Made by a program: the position numbers and the translations under genes. A model generated the notes under the pieces. It saw only the letters and a program-made list of their open reading frames with translations, ran no database searches and was not told the DNA's origin. A DNA stretch of 63,660 nt, counting the filler, from Dugesia japonica (taxonomy: Eukaryota): the NCBI GenBank assembly GCA_001938525.1. It is 7 parts of 7 records of this genome, joined end to end, with 100 filler letters (N's around TTAATTAATTAA, not from the genome) between each part and the next. Parts side by side here need not be neighbours in the genome. Positions count along the whole stretch, not along the records: positions 26,067 to 35,215 come from MQRL01437325.1; positions 35,316 to 45,169 come from MQRL01598687.1; 5 more parts are not named here. One strand, given 5' to 3'. Positions 27,952 to 41,018 of this stretch are shown one piece after another. Within the stretch, counting starts at the first letter, position 1, and each line of letters starts with the position of its first letter.

Positions 27952-30900
27952 ATGACCAAAACGAATAATTTCTTTACACTATTACCGAGTAATAGTTGTC
28001 CAAGTATTCATCCCCATAATAAAGCAAGTAGATCCATTGTTGCAAGTGAAAGTCCTATTTACTTGAATAAACAATGATGGACTTTACCCTTATTTATCCT
28101 GCTTTTCAATTATATAACAAATCATATTTCAAATATTTAACAGGTTATGATTATGAAAGATATGGAGAAATCATAATCAATAACAAAAAAAATCATTGTT
28201 GGTTCATGATGTTGGTTTTGAGGTAGTTTATAAGAGGTCATTGTTAATCACATTAAAACATCATAGTTATGTTGTAATATTTGACAATTTAGACCAGTGT
28301 TTCTCAAAGTGATCCTGGAACGATTCATGGGGTCCGTAGAGGAATTTGTCGGAGAAGGAGGNAGGTAGGCGGGGTCCGTGACTAATAAATTATGTTTTTT
28401 GTATTTTTGGTACATTATTTCATTAGTCAATTCCGTTTAGCAAATTTAATTGCTGATGCATATATAGTAGTCTCTTTTATGTGCCTTGTTTTAATAATCA
28501 CCAAACTTTCTGGCACGACTTAAAAAGTTAAATGTTTATTTTTAGATTATATCCTTTTTAATTTTTAACATATGAAGTTCATAACTTCTAAAATGTAATA
28601 GAACGATTTATGATTGTCTAAAAAAAATCTTCAATGTTTAGTCTCCTTAACAGTTTCAAGTCTGTTATTTTATTTTTCATCTACATCAAAAAAATCAAAA
28701 AATTACTATAAATTGTTTGAAAAAAAATTTTAAGTTCAAAATTTTAAAAATATTGAAGAAAAAGACAATTTGAAATTACAAATTATAATATTTTGTTTAA
28801 TTAATGTCGTTATTATCACAAAATTCTTATTTTCCGAGCGTTTTTCTTACCTTAGAACCAATAACAAGCGATATTTTTAAGATACAAAACTATAGCAAAA
28901 ATGATAAGCAAAAGTATGTTATTATGGTTATAAATAAACTTTTATATCTTTTTGATATAAAATTCATAAAAATATGCACTTATTAAAAAAGAAAATGGTA
29001 GAGTAATTTAAATGGTGTTTATTGGGTTCTTTTTGTTTTTGATTGTAAATGTTTTTAAATATATTTTCAAAAACAAAAACTTTAGCTTAATTTTTTTAGC
29101 CCCAAAAATGGTAGAACAACAAAAAAAAGTAAACAGTATAGGATTGAATATCTTATATATGGATTTAAAAGATCGTCAGAAGATCAAAAATTAACTTTTG
29201 TCTTGTTTGTCAAAATGTCTTATCAAATAGCTCTATGAAACCGTCAAAATTATTAAAGCATTTGACAAAAGTTTATAAGATAAAGATGTTTTTTTTCAAG
29301 AACTTAAAAGAAAATATGTAAACCAACCTAAATTGAAAGATCTATTTTTAACTGGGTCAAAACAAGATAATAATGGCTTACGTGCATAATATAACATATC
29401 GTTATTGATTGCTAAAACTGGAAAGCCTTATAGTATCGGTGAAAAATTCATTCTTCATGCGATTTGTGAGGTAATAAATATAGTGATAGACAAGCTGGCT
29501 TCATGCATTATTAAGAAAATACCCCGAGTACAGTTCAAAGTAAAATTGATGACATGGTTCAGGATGTTGGTTTTTTTCTATATGAATATTTAAAAAGATC
29601 TTTCTTTTCCTTACTATTTGATAAGTAAACACCACCTGGTAATGATGCCTTACTTTTGACTTATATTCGATACATAAAAGATGAAAGAATATGTCAGGAA
29701 TTGCTTTTCGCCAAAAATTTGGAAACTGACACTAAAGAAGAATCTTTATTTATTGTTTTGATGAAATATATTGACAAGAAAGGAATACAGTTAAATAATA
29801 TTTTAACAGTCGCTACATTTAGCTCCGGCGATGATAGATCGTCATAAAGGGCTTATAGCTTATCTCAGAAAATTAATTCCAAACATTATAGCTATTCATT
29901 GTGTCATTCAACGACAACATCGTGATGCCAAAAACTTAATTACGCAGTTACATAAATCACTGGGTTATGTAATAAAAGCTATAAATAGAATAAAAAGTAG
30001 CTCACTTAATTCGACGAAAACGACGAAGAACTTAATCATTTATGTTGTTACTGAAATTTTTTGGCTCTAGAAAGGTTCTTGTCTTGATAGGTTTTATTGT
30101 CTCTATAATGCTGTTAAAATATTTCTTGAAAAACAAATTATCAGTTACAACAGAAATTGACTGAATTAAGAACTGATATTTAAATTTAACAATATTAATC
30201 TGAAACTTCAAGGTGATGATTTAAACTTGATAAAAACCAAATCAGTTATATCTGGATTTGTTGAAAAGATTGACTGAAAAGCGGACTGACCAGTCGTTAC
30301 GTTACATGTGAAAGAAAATCATAAAAACTGTTTTGGTGAGCGCAATAACGTTTATAATTTGATATTTTATTGATAAACATGTGAGTCACCAACTTAAACA
30401 TACCGTCTGAAATGTTTTGTTATTTAACAACATATACACAATAATGAAAATAGAAAACTCAAACATTTAATTTTTAATTAATTAAGATTTTTATTTGTAT
30501 TAGATACGCATATCTTTGGTTCATAAAAGTTAAAAATATAATAAGGGGTCAATAAAAATTTCAAATCTTCAATTTGAAAACAGTTTGAGAAACACTGATG
30601 CCAAAATATTATAATTTAGTACTTTAAGGAATGATACAAATACGGATTCTATCATAAAATATCAAGACTTTAAAAACGATTATTCGATTGATGTTATTAA
30701 AATAAAATTAGTGATTTCAATAGAAACTAATACATTCATATCTTTACAAAACGAATATTACATGTCGAATTTGATCAGTTTGGTCGTTTCATCACAAAAA
30801 TTTGCAAGTATTATTTCCAAACACTTACTAAAAAAAGGATGAAGCATTCCGATTTTCGTTGTTGGAAAATGTTAAAAGAGTTACAATCGACAAGTTCTTG

Positions 30901-31262
30901 GCAAAATCATTGGGACAAAAATATACTCGTGATTATAGAAATCTAATTCATACAGAATTCATTGGTGTTAAAATTAATCACTAATCCTCACCAAATGTTC
31001 ATATATAGTAATATTGTTGAACATATAATTATTGGTGATGTTAATGTTCTTTTGTTCAAATCTTTATGGTTGGAGAATTATGAAGATGATCAAGTTGCTT
31101 AAATAATAGTCAAGAGTTCAATGTATTAACCAGTTGCAACTTTGTGTATAAACGATATAGATAAAAACGATATAGAAATCAATAAACGAAGTGACAGTGG
31201 AGAATTAATCAACTTTGCTCAAGACTCAAAAACTCATTTAACTCTACATTTTCAAAAACTAA
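27952..31262 (+). pseudogene. Polinton minor capsid (penton-like) gene split by a hAT insertion
   Basis: N-terminal NFFTLLPSNSCPSIHPHNKAS (F-x-x-LPSN motif); after the hAT, MFIYSNIVEHIIIGDVNV and DIEI..SGELINF..LTLHFQK C-terminal motifs. Confidence 0.8.
28295..30597 (+). mobile_element. hAT Buster/Charlie-type DNA transposon, defective
   Basis: 17-bp TIRs CAGTGTTTCTCAAAGTG / CAGTTTGAGAAACACTG (one mismatch); transposase motifs CLVC..SNSSMKPSKLLKH, IAKTGKPYSIGE, HCVIQRQH. Left flank ATTTAGAC fits nnnTAnnn but is not duplicated on the right. Confidence 0.9.
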
Positions 31263-31600
31263 ATGTTTAATCCTGATACTATTAAGCTTTATAGTACTAG
31301 TCAAACTGGTGGAGAATTGCCGTACTTTGAACGAAAACAGTTTCGATATGGATGGTTGCAAACAATTGGTCGATTTGCATTGCCTATTCTTAGACTTAAA
31401 AGAGCACAGGATGTAATAAATAATAAAGCAAAAATTTTACCCTCTCTCAAAACAAATGCTGACTGAATTCAAAGAAGTAACGAAAATAATACCAAAAGAC
31501 AACAGTATAAATGAATTAAAACGAAAAGGTGCTGGAATAAAGCGTAAGCATTCAAGTATAAACAAACAAATGAATGGCTATAGAAATATGTTTGAAAAAT
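31263..31600 (+). pseudogene. Polinton small basic protein with QTGG motif and amphipathic helix
   Basis: SQTGGELPYF..KQFRYGWLQTIGRFALPILR; partial ortholog at ~57855-58110. Confidence 0.6.
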
Positions 31601-32789
31601 GATTTGTGGAAAAACTGAATTATTTATTTTTGATTATCCAACTCCTGAAGATGTTATTGAATATGATTCATCTGAAAATATGTTTCCAATGAATTCAATT
31701 TCTGAAAGTAGAAAGGATTTAGAGTTTTTTATAAATGAATCACAAACTGACTATCTGGATTTGAATGATGCTTTATTGTATGTAAAAGTAAGAGTTGTTG
31801 ATAAATTTGGAAATAATTTCAGTAAAACGTCTGATATAATACCGAGCAACTGTGTTTTATACTCTGTTCAAAGATGTTGCCCTTCCATTCAACAATAACG
31901 AAATCGAAGGGGGTGATGAAACTTATATTCAAAAGACAATGATTGAAACTATTTTGAATTATAATGGAGATAGTAAGAATATTTGTCTTGCAGCAATTGG
32001 TTATGAAGATAAAGATGACAGATAAAATTTGATTAAATTATCAAAGTCATTGTCTCTATGTGGTTCTTTGCAACTGGATTTCATGGATCAACCAAAATAT
32101 ATTATTCATGGTGTTAATGTACACATTCAATTGAAAAGAGCAACACATAGAATGGGTTTAGAATCTGTAACTGAAGAACCAAAATTTTTATTGCTTGATG
32201 CCAAATTGATTGTTAGAAGAGTTTGAGTTGAATCATCTGTACTAACGGGTCATCAAATAGAATTTGGTAAACAAAATACAGTTTATCCAAGGAAATTATA
32301 GTTTATGCAATCAGTCAAATAGTACAGCGTTTTATAAGGAGCAAATCTTTGGAGGTCGTCGATTACCAAAAGTTTTGTTAGAAACATTACAAAGTAAAAT
32401 CGATAAAATGGACATTTTAAAACATCAAGCTTGAATTTTAATCGTTTCAATATGAAATTTATAACTCTTTCAAAAAACAGTGATTATAGAATTATATGCT
32501 CAAGAATTTGAAAATGATAATTATAACACATCATGCATGCAATCAATAGTTAGAAAAATGAGATATGAATTGTGGAATTACATTTGATGAGTTTAAAAAC
32601 GAATATCCATTCTTTACCTTTGTACTTGCTCCAGATTTTGATATTAATCAGAGTCAATTGCTCCAACATGGAAATATGAGATTGGATATCAAATTTGAAA
32701 ATGCTTTGAGTACACCAGCATATGTAATAATCTATGGAGTATTTGTAAATGAAATCCAAATTACATCTGACTGAGCAATATTAGTGTAA
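31599..32789 (+). pseudogene. Polinton major capsid protein
   Basis: CGKTELFIFDYP, DYLDLNDALLYVK, LQLDFMDQPKYI, FTFVLAPD, GNMRLDIKF, VIIYGVF..EIQI; several frameshifts. Confidence 0.88.
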
Positions 32790-32894
32790 AAAATTTCAAT
32801 ATCATGAAAATAGTTGACCAAAATGAAGTAAGTTTTGATTATTACTTTGATATTGCTTTAATAGTTCAATTCAGATAAATTAAATTGCTACAAA

Positions 32895-33175
32895 ATGGAT
32901 TGGATCAGAGTTTCTTGGTGTCAAGCTTCCATTTATTCCAGTCAATAAAGCCATAATTGTCAATACCCAATCATCAAATCTCAGTAAAGAACATTGGTTA
33001 GCAGTATAAAACAAGCCAGAAAATATACTGGTATTCCATTCATTTGGATTTTATTATTCACCAATGTTGTTCTCACAGCTGTCAAGATTATTAAAGCTTA
33101 TTGTATTCAATAGAGTTTGATTTCAAGAAACATTTACTACAACCTGTGGACAGCATTGCTTATTGTTATATGAAA
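32895..33175 (+). pseudogene. Polinton adenain-like cysteine protease
   Basis: IIVNT..EHWLAV, FHSFG, Q.....TTCGQHCL. Confidence 0.8.
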
Positions 33176-33355
33176 TAAATGTTTTAATCAAAAATTATGT
33201 TTTATATTGATTTGTTGTTATTTACTGGAGTTAGAATTACTAACACTTTGTTTTAATATTATGTAGAAATTGTGTAATTTTGATTTATAATAAATATTTA
33301 AATGAAATATGATTTTGAAAGTATATATATTAACTGCGCTAAAATGTTAATGTAT

Positions 33356-35215
33356 TGGCACGCAAACCACAAAAATTATTTTTAGAAGCTATGCCTAAGA
33401 AGACTCGCGAGCTTATTAATTCTAATATAAAAAATATGATGGCAAAGATGCTTCAGAAGCTACAGTATGGCTGAAAGAAATCGAAGAATTGGCTCAATTT
33501 GAATGATTTGGGATTGATGGGAATTTTTGATCTCTTGTTATCAGAGGAAGCTGGAGTTTTACGGAAAAATTCTAAGTGGGGTGGAATTTCGAAAGAAGAG
33601 GCAAAAAAGTGGTTTATAGACATTTTGACAATAAACAAATCTATCAAGGAAATGATAATGGAGCTTGCAACAGTTAAACAAAATCAGAAGAGATATTTGC
33701 TACTTTCTAGATACGAGTCAGAAATTTAGTTGACTGTGTATTGAATTCAGGGTTAAATTATGACGAAATTGTAAATGATGTACTGACAAAGAAAGTCAGG
33801 AATCAAAATTTGTGAAAGACGCTTACAATAAGACCAGATATAAAGATAAAGAACATTTACAACGCGTTGCTGGAAATGAAGATATTTATGCAATACAGAG
33901 AAAGATTTATTCAAATGTGTTAAAAGGAGACCGAAGTAATCATTATAAACAAGCTCAAAACCAGCCGTAAATTAGTTTTAAAACCAATAATAATGTAAGA
34001 TTTGAAAAACGAAGAACAGAAATGTCAATGTATCAGAGAAAATACGAGAGGATGTCACAACCGGTGATTACAGTGAACAGAACACAGAGTTTAAGTAGGA
34101 AACCAACAGTTTCGATGAAACAGATTGCAATATGTCATTTTAACAGATATAGATGATAACTTGAACCACAAGAGAAACGATTACAAGAACAATGTTATTG
34201 TTGCGGAGAACATGGGCACATTCGTAATCAGTGTCTATTAAAAGATATATGTTTGATATGTGAGAAAGCTGGACACAATTTCCGGCAATGATATCTTGTG
34301 CATGGTCTATCTAATAGAAGATTAAGAGGTGCAAACTGACGAAGATGAAAGCTTTGAAATGCATGATATTGTCAAAGAAAAAAACCAGAACTCCGTTACA
34401 TACATTTCGTCAGTGAAGTTAGTTTAAGAAGGGATCATTTGAATCGAAATAATGTAGACAGAAGAGAGATGTATGAAAAAGAAGACAGGAGTGAGTGGAG
34501 CAGAGTAGACGTGAATGGATTAAAATTGAAAATGTTGTGGGATTCGGGAGCATTGATTACAGTTATGAGCGAAGAGTACTAGTTGAAGGTAGGAAAATCA
34601 TCTTTGTTAAGTTGCAACGTCATATTAAATGGGGTATTTTTGAGCAGTGGAGAGAGGTTGTTAGGATGTGTAGAACTGAGCGTTAAATAGAATAATAAAA
34701 TTAGAGTTATTAAAATCATAATAGTTAAAAAAGGTACAATTTTATTGGTGGGATAGATGCAATAAAAAGTTTCGGAATAAAACTAATAGAAGTTAATAAC
34801 ATTGAAACTGAATTTTTGGGAAGAAACCACTCAATGATAGAAAGAATTGAGCATTAAATGTCTTCAAAGAAAAAAAATAACAAAGATCTAAATGATCTCA
34901 TTTCGAAGCTTGGTGAAATATTCAGGACACACAAAACACGTAATACGCGAAATAAATGTATTTGGGCATCCAATTGTTCAACATCCCCGGAGACATGCGA
35001 TGCACTTGGAAAAGAATATTGACAAAATGGTGCAGAATTTAATTCTTATTGGAGTAAGTAGCAGATGTCAATGTCCGTGAAATTCACCTTTAGTAATTGT
35101 TGGGGAAAAAATGGTTCGATGAGAATATGTGTCAATTATCGACAACTGAAAATGATCACTGAAAAAGTTTCATTTCCGATGCCAGACATCCAGTTATTAT
35201 TGGATTGCTTAGTAT
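33356..35215 (+). mobile_element. Gypsy LTR retrotransposon 5' part (gag, protease, start of RT)
   Basis: PBS-like TGGCACGC at 33356; zinc knuckles CYCCGEHGHIRNQC and CLICEKAGH (~34195-34290); MLWDSGA (~34532); KNGSMRICVNYRQL..FPMP RT motif; cut by the linker. Confidence 0.88.
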
Positions 35216-36725
35216 NNNNNNNNNNNNNNNNNNNNNNNNNNNNNNNNNNNNNNNNNNNNTTAATTAATTAANNNNNNNNNNNNNNNNNNNNNNNNNNNNN
35301 NNNNNNNNNNNNNNNTTTTGTGCTAATTAATTAAAAATTATAATAATGATAATGATAATTAATAATATATAATAATAATAAAATAATAACTATAATAATA
35401 ATTATAATATAATAATGTTGATTGGCTCGACAACTGTGCTCCAGCCCAACTAATTACTCTGGGGTTTCAGAAAAATTCCGTCCCGGAATTCTTATTCCGA
35501 CATTAACAATATTCGTTCCAGAGTTTATTTTTCGTTTCACTTCATTTTTCATTTACTGTTCTTGTCCATTTATTAATTGTCCCCCGACTCTCATTTATCT
35601 CTTCATTTTTCCAGTTGGTTATTCTCCAATCCCTGCTTTATATCCTCTGATTATTATTTACTATTTACTTGCTCAATTTGATATCTTCCGATCATCTCCT
35701 ATTATTACTGTAAATCATTGTAATATCTTTCAATTCTAAATATTTATTCTACCCGTTTCTTTCTCCTTTCCTCCCTTCTTCCTTTTTGTTTCCTCCTTTT
35801 TTCTCTCTCTTCTTTTTCCCCATTTAGTAATTTCTCCCTTTTGTTTACTTTTTCATTAAACTTGTTACCAACTTGTATTCTCTAACTCTCATCTTATCAT
35901 CAGTTCTCACAAAAGAACACGTCTAGTTTACAAACCACTTTTCTTCTGTCTCTCATTTCGAAGCGCTTTTCTTTAATTTTTTCCCTAACTCTCCACCCTT
36001 ATTTTACCTCATTATAGTCATTTACTCCTTATCATCTCTTCCGTCTTACTTTACCAACAACTCACTATCTCAGGTCAACAGATTCCTTAGCAGACAAGAT
36101 AGCTGATAGGTCAATAAATAACACAGAAAAGAAAAGGAAAAAAAATAAAATTGTTGTACATAAGTTGTAGTCTACTACATTTTATAAATTCACTTCAAAC
36201 ATTCATATAATCAATTGTTTTAAAATCAATAATCAGTTATCATTTGTTTGGATCATAATAAAAGTTAAATTCAATAAAAGTTACTTGATTTATTTCTGCA
36301 TAGAATCGAACTGCGTTGAATGGATTTGGATTGGATTGTAGAATGTATTCCAACGGTTGGTCTGTAAGCAACACTGTGTTAAATACCAGTACAAACAAAT
36401 TATCAAATAAGTTGCAGCATAAAATTGCTCAAAAAAAATAAGTTGCTTAATTCGCAGCATAATACTGCTTGAAATCAAACCAAAGGGTGCAGCTTAGAAT
36501 TGTAAAAATGAAAACAAAATGTCCAATTCGCAGAATAGAACTGTTTAGAAATAAGGTGCAGTATAGAACTGCCAATGTACACAAATAAATGGCGAATATT
36601 GATTTATTGATTTATTGATTCCAAAAATACAATTTCATCATCCCTCGAATATGGCCATTTCCAAATTTCTGCTTGTCTTCGTGAGTCTTTTATGCAATGA
36701 AAATCTCTTTGGGTAGTGTCTGGAT

Positions 36726-37382
36726 TCATAAAGATTGTAGCCGGGGTAGATAATAGAGCTCGTGCACCTGCTCTCTCTCTCTCTCTCTATTGAACAATTG
36801 TGCTCGATAATTTTCCATTGAATTTACGCCTGGTAAGGGCTCTCCGCATTTTTCTCGTAATCGTTGATTTTTGATTTGCAGTTGACGTACTGTATTTTGA
36901 AAATTCTGAAATAATAATTCGTCATCCTCTCGTTTAGCTTTTAACTCTGTTTTATAGCACTCCAACTCATTTTGTGCCTTTGTAAACTCTTTGACCTTTT
37001 CCTCATTTATTTGTTGGCTCTCTAACCTCACAGCGTTACTCCTTTCCAGTGCTTTCTCTAGCACTCGCATTTTCTCTTTGTGCCATTTTAATTCAGTCTG
37101 CAATTCACAAATTTGACCTAGATGTAATCGATCTTGTTCATTACGCTTCCTCTGCATATCCTCCAATTCTTGAGTCTGCTCGAAGCTTCTCTTTCTCCAA
37201 TAAATTAATTTCTCATTTTTATCCTGCCATTTAACTCTTTGCTTTTTCTCTTGTTCTAGCAAATCTTTATTTTCCTTTTCTAACGAGTCTATCCAATGAC
37301 TCATACGGTTTATAATGTCTTCTTTACCTTGCAATATATTTTCTAATCTTTCGATCTCTTTTCTATCAGGTTTGGGTTTCAT
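36726..37382 (-). CDS. Coiled-coil protein of unknown function, probable retroelement accessory ORF
   Basis: Open 218-aa E/K/Q/L-rich frame. Confidence 0.6.
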   Translation of the reverse strand: MKPKPDRKEIERLENILQGKEDIINRMSHWIDSLEKENKDLLEQEKKQRVKWQDKNEKLIYWRKRSFEQTQELEDMQRKRNEQDRLHLGQICELQTELKWHKEKMRVLEKALERSNAVRLESQQINEEKVKEFTKAQNELECYKTELKAKREDDELLFQNFQNTVRQLQIKNQRLREKCGEPLPGVNSMENYRAQLFNREREREQVHELYYLPRLQSL

Positions 37383-37937
37383 GCTTGCATTTTTATGTTT
37401 ATTTCTGTTCTGGGGGTTTTCTGGACATCATTTTCTAAAATTTAATAATTTAAGAATAATTTAATAATAAGGTCTTCATTTATTTATATTAGTAATGTTT
37501 TTGTAATAATTATTTACATTTTACAGGGATTTCAAGATAGATTGATTTAAGTGCAAATTTTCTTTATTTGAAAGTTTTTCTTTGTTTCTTAGTTTAGTAA
37601 TATTGATAATATTTTTCTATTTTATTAACAGTTTACAACCTTCTGATTCCACATACTTTATTTCTGCTTTTATAAGATAAAAGTCTTTGCGTTGCATTTT
37701 TACAGAATTTTGTGAATACTAACTGTTTACACTTGTTGTAAATTTTTGTTATTATATACAATTCAACTGATTAAACATTTCTACCATATCCAAATTATTA
37801 CTAAAATAACTGATCTGATAATTGTTTCATACATTTATTACTTCTAACTACTAATCAATGTCATAGTAAACTAATTTTTCTTACTTTATCCATTTCAAAA
37901 TAATTATTTACAAAAACTCTCATATTACGACTTCATT

Positions 37938-39521
37938 TTAAAAATCATTCCAATCAGACTTTCTTTCTGAGTCGAACACCAATTTAGGTGCATGCAAATG
38001 TCTATCATTTAGATTTAGTAACTCTTTCCGCAATTTTATTCCTTTATATTTTCCTCTTCTGATTTTTAACGCTACTTTTGTAACGAATATTATACAGGCT
38101 GCTGTTATTGCCCTAATTGTTATACCGATAAGTCTTGCTGACCAGTTCCGTTCTTTTCCTATCACGTTTGCAGTAGTTACCACCTGATGTTTCAACTCCC
38201 CGTCCGCTAAAATTTCTGTCTTTGAACTGATCCTTGTTAATTTCTTTAACCATTTATTCATATGTTCCTCTTGTTCCTTGTTTAACACATTCCATTGTTC
38301 CGTATTTGAATCAGTAGTATTGATCTAAATTCCATTTTAATTCTTTTTCCAATTCTGTTTGCTTGTGGTTTCAGAGATGTTTCTGTTAATTCTCTTTTTC
38401 ATAACTGTTTTTAAAACGATGTTCGATTTTCTTGTAATTATTCTCGGTTTATTACTTACTTTATTAGGTTTTCTAGATGATAATTTCTTTTTATTCCGTA
38501 GAAGTACATGCTCGATTTCTAGCCATGGTTCTTTTAATTGAAATAATTTTTTCGTTGTTCCGACAGGTAACTTTAACCGTTTTTTAGCTGACTATTTCTC
38601 TTATACTGCCCAATCTTGGAGATATAAGTATTGTGATACAAACATTTATCGTAACATATCTGTTTCTATTTTGAACTGAAGAACTGGATATCTTAAAATT
38701 CTATCTCGTCTTTTTCTTGGAAAATCTATTTCAATTCGACAGATATCCTTTCCTTCTAATTGAATTATCTTTTGTCTATGCCAATTCTTTAATCCATCAC
38801 TTTCCAATACTAACCCTGTTAATCCAGTAAAATCTATTTTCTAATGTTGTGATATATAAATTACTTCTTGTAATAAGCAATTTCCATTATTGTCTCCCAA
38901 TGTTGGTAGTCTTAATTCCCGAATGACGTATGAAATTTGGATAATTTTGTAATGATAGGTGCTGTAAGCCCTTCTTTCTTTAAATTCCTTTGACTTTGTA
39001 TTGCTTTTCGTTGTCCTAAATTCATTACTCCATACTTCCAATGTCGGTCCGTCATATTGGATTGCATAAAATTGTTGTACTTTATCTGTTACTCCTAACT
39101 TTTCTAATTTCCAATAATTTTTTTCCAGTCTTACTTGTATTGAATGACACTTACTTGATATTGCTGGTGTGATCGTAAATTCAATAGAAAATCTATTATT
39201 ACTAGCACTTCTCGTAACTCTTTCCAACCCTCTTTTCGATACTGTCAATATTCTATTATGCGAGTACCCGATATACATTCTATGTTCCGTAAAAATATCT
39301 TCATAGTCCAGACATTTATCTCCGTTTACAAACTTTAAGGTTACTAAGATTATTATAACATATATCCATTTACTCATCATTTTCAGTGATCGGTTTGCCG
39401 AATTAGTTGTTTTTGTAATTCTCTGTAAATTGTTTTCTTTCCATTCATTCATCGTTGTCATTTTAACTCCCGTATTTGCCAAAAACATTGTGATTAAGAC
39501 CATTAAACATAAGACAAACAT
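37938..39521 (-). pseudogene. Candidate env-like type I membrane protein, disrupted
   Basis: Signal-like MSKWIYVIIILVTLKFVNG; frame continues past the stop at 38841 to RKRR (38706-38717); C-terminal hydrophobic LIGITIRAITAACIIFVTKVAL followed by KIRRGK. Confidence 0.45.
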
Positions 39522-41018
39522 AGTCGTTGCTGTTGTGAAGTATCTAAACCCAGTTGTTCTGTTCCATCTTTGTTTTTGTTTTTTGCCAATTTCTTGAGCA
39601 TAATTTGAGTCAATCTCTTTGCGTTCATTTCCTTGTTTATCTTTTGCTGAAAATTGTAGTAATGCAGAATTTTGTCTTTCTTCTTGTTTCGTTGATCCCC
39701 TTTAAAATCTCAGTTTATCTTCTGATTTTGTCGATTTTTGTTGGGACTTTGTCTTTTGATGTGTCTCTTGCTTTCCAACTCTTCTGCGAGTCCAAGCATT
39801 TCAGATTTTTTCTAAGCTTTTGAGATCTTCCTCTTCAAGGAAAGATTTACAATTTTCAATTTCTTCCATTAGTACTAAAAGTACTTCAGCACATTGTACA
39901 ATTACTTTCTTCATGCTTTTTAGTTTGTCAGAAGAATCTTTTACTGTTGAGTCTATTGTTTCAGGTTGTTGTCGTTTTTTCTCTTCGGCCGATTTCTTGA
40001 TCTTTAATTCCAATTTCTCTCTTGCTTGAGTTGGTTTCCCTTGTCTTTGATTCTCTCTAGATATTGTTGCCATACATCCTCTTTTATTTTTTTCATCTCT
40101 AGTGAATCTGATTCGCTAAAATGTGGAGCACTTCCAGAGTCTTTGCAGTATTCCAAAAACCACTCTTGATTACTACCGTAAAATGCATATCACTGTCTTC
40201 TTCACTTTGTGATATATTATTCCTATATATTTCTTTTCTTTCTTTTTCTTGTAGAATCATACGATTACTTATTTCATCAACTTTCTCTATAGAATTTTGT
40301 AGCGGTCTTTTGTTATTTTTATTTTTTCTTGATTTGTTTAGCGTGCTTTGACTTTTACTCTTCACAGTTTGTTTTTCTCGTTTAAGCGGGCTTTCAAATG
40401 TTCTTTGACATTCTGATCTTTTAATTTATCGAACGTCTGATAATCTTCTTGGTCTAATTTTGCCTCTTGTATTTCTTGTTTATAATCTGGTTAAACCTTT
40501 AATTGTTCCTTTGTTTTCCGTTTAAACTCATGCCATTTTTCTATATTTTCTAACGATTTTAATAATTCTTTTTGATCGCGAATTTCTTGATTTTTGAGAT
40601 AATCTTTCCACATCTGTTTTAGTTGCTGTTTTGTTTCTTCTGTAATTTTAAGATCAATGTTACTTTCTTTAAATTTATCATACAAATGCNATTCATTTTA
40701 CAGTTCTTGTAATGATTTTCCGAGATTTTACTTATTATACATTGGCCATTCTTTAAAGTCGTTTGCTAATTGTAGCGATCTTTCTTGGTTTTGACAGTTT
40801 TGATTTCCCATTTGCTTCCGCTCCATTTTTCTCTTCTCCTTCTAGGTAAATCGACATCCTTGGCGATCCTCCTTTGTTCATTCTTCTTGAATTTCCTTTG
40901 AATTTTCCAAATCTCTGATGATACTTTATCTTCTTCTGCAACTTCTTTATTTTCTATTTCTTGAATTTCTTTGTTAATGTATTTATTTTCTATTTTATAA
41001 ATTTTGTTTTTGATTTCT

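Larger units (their letters stand above)
26330..33180 (+). mobile_element. Polinton/Maverick copy 1 (degraded): small ORFs, integrase, penton (hAT-interrupted), small ORF, major capsid, cysteine protease
   Basis: Co-oriented, tightly packed genes with Polinton motifs; same order as copy 2 at 55311-59370. Confidence 0.88.

Noticed and set aside
36414-36572. CRISPR array
   Set aside because: Repeats only 15 bp and degenerate, spacers 13-26 bp, no cas genes, eukaryotic retroelement context.
39554-40351. Hydrophobic plus-strand ORFs (also 35422-35739, 38359-38541, 60870-61328 minus)
   Set aside because: Shadows of purine-rich or coding sequence on the opposite strand.
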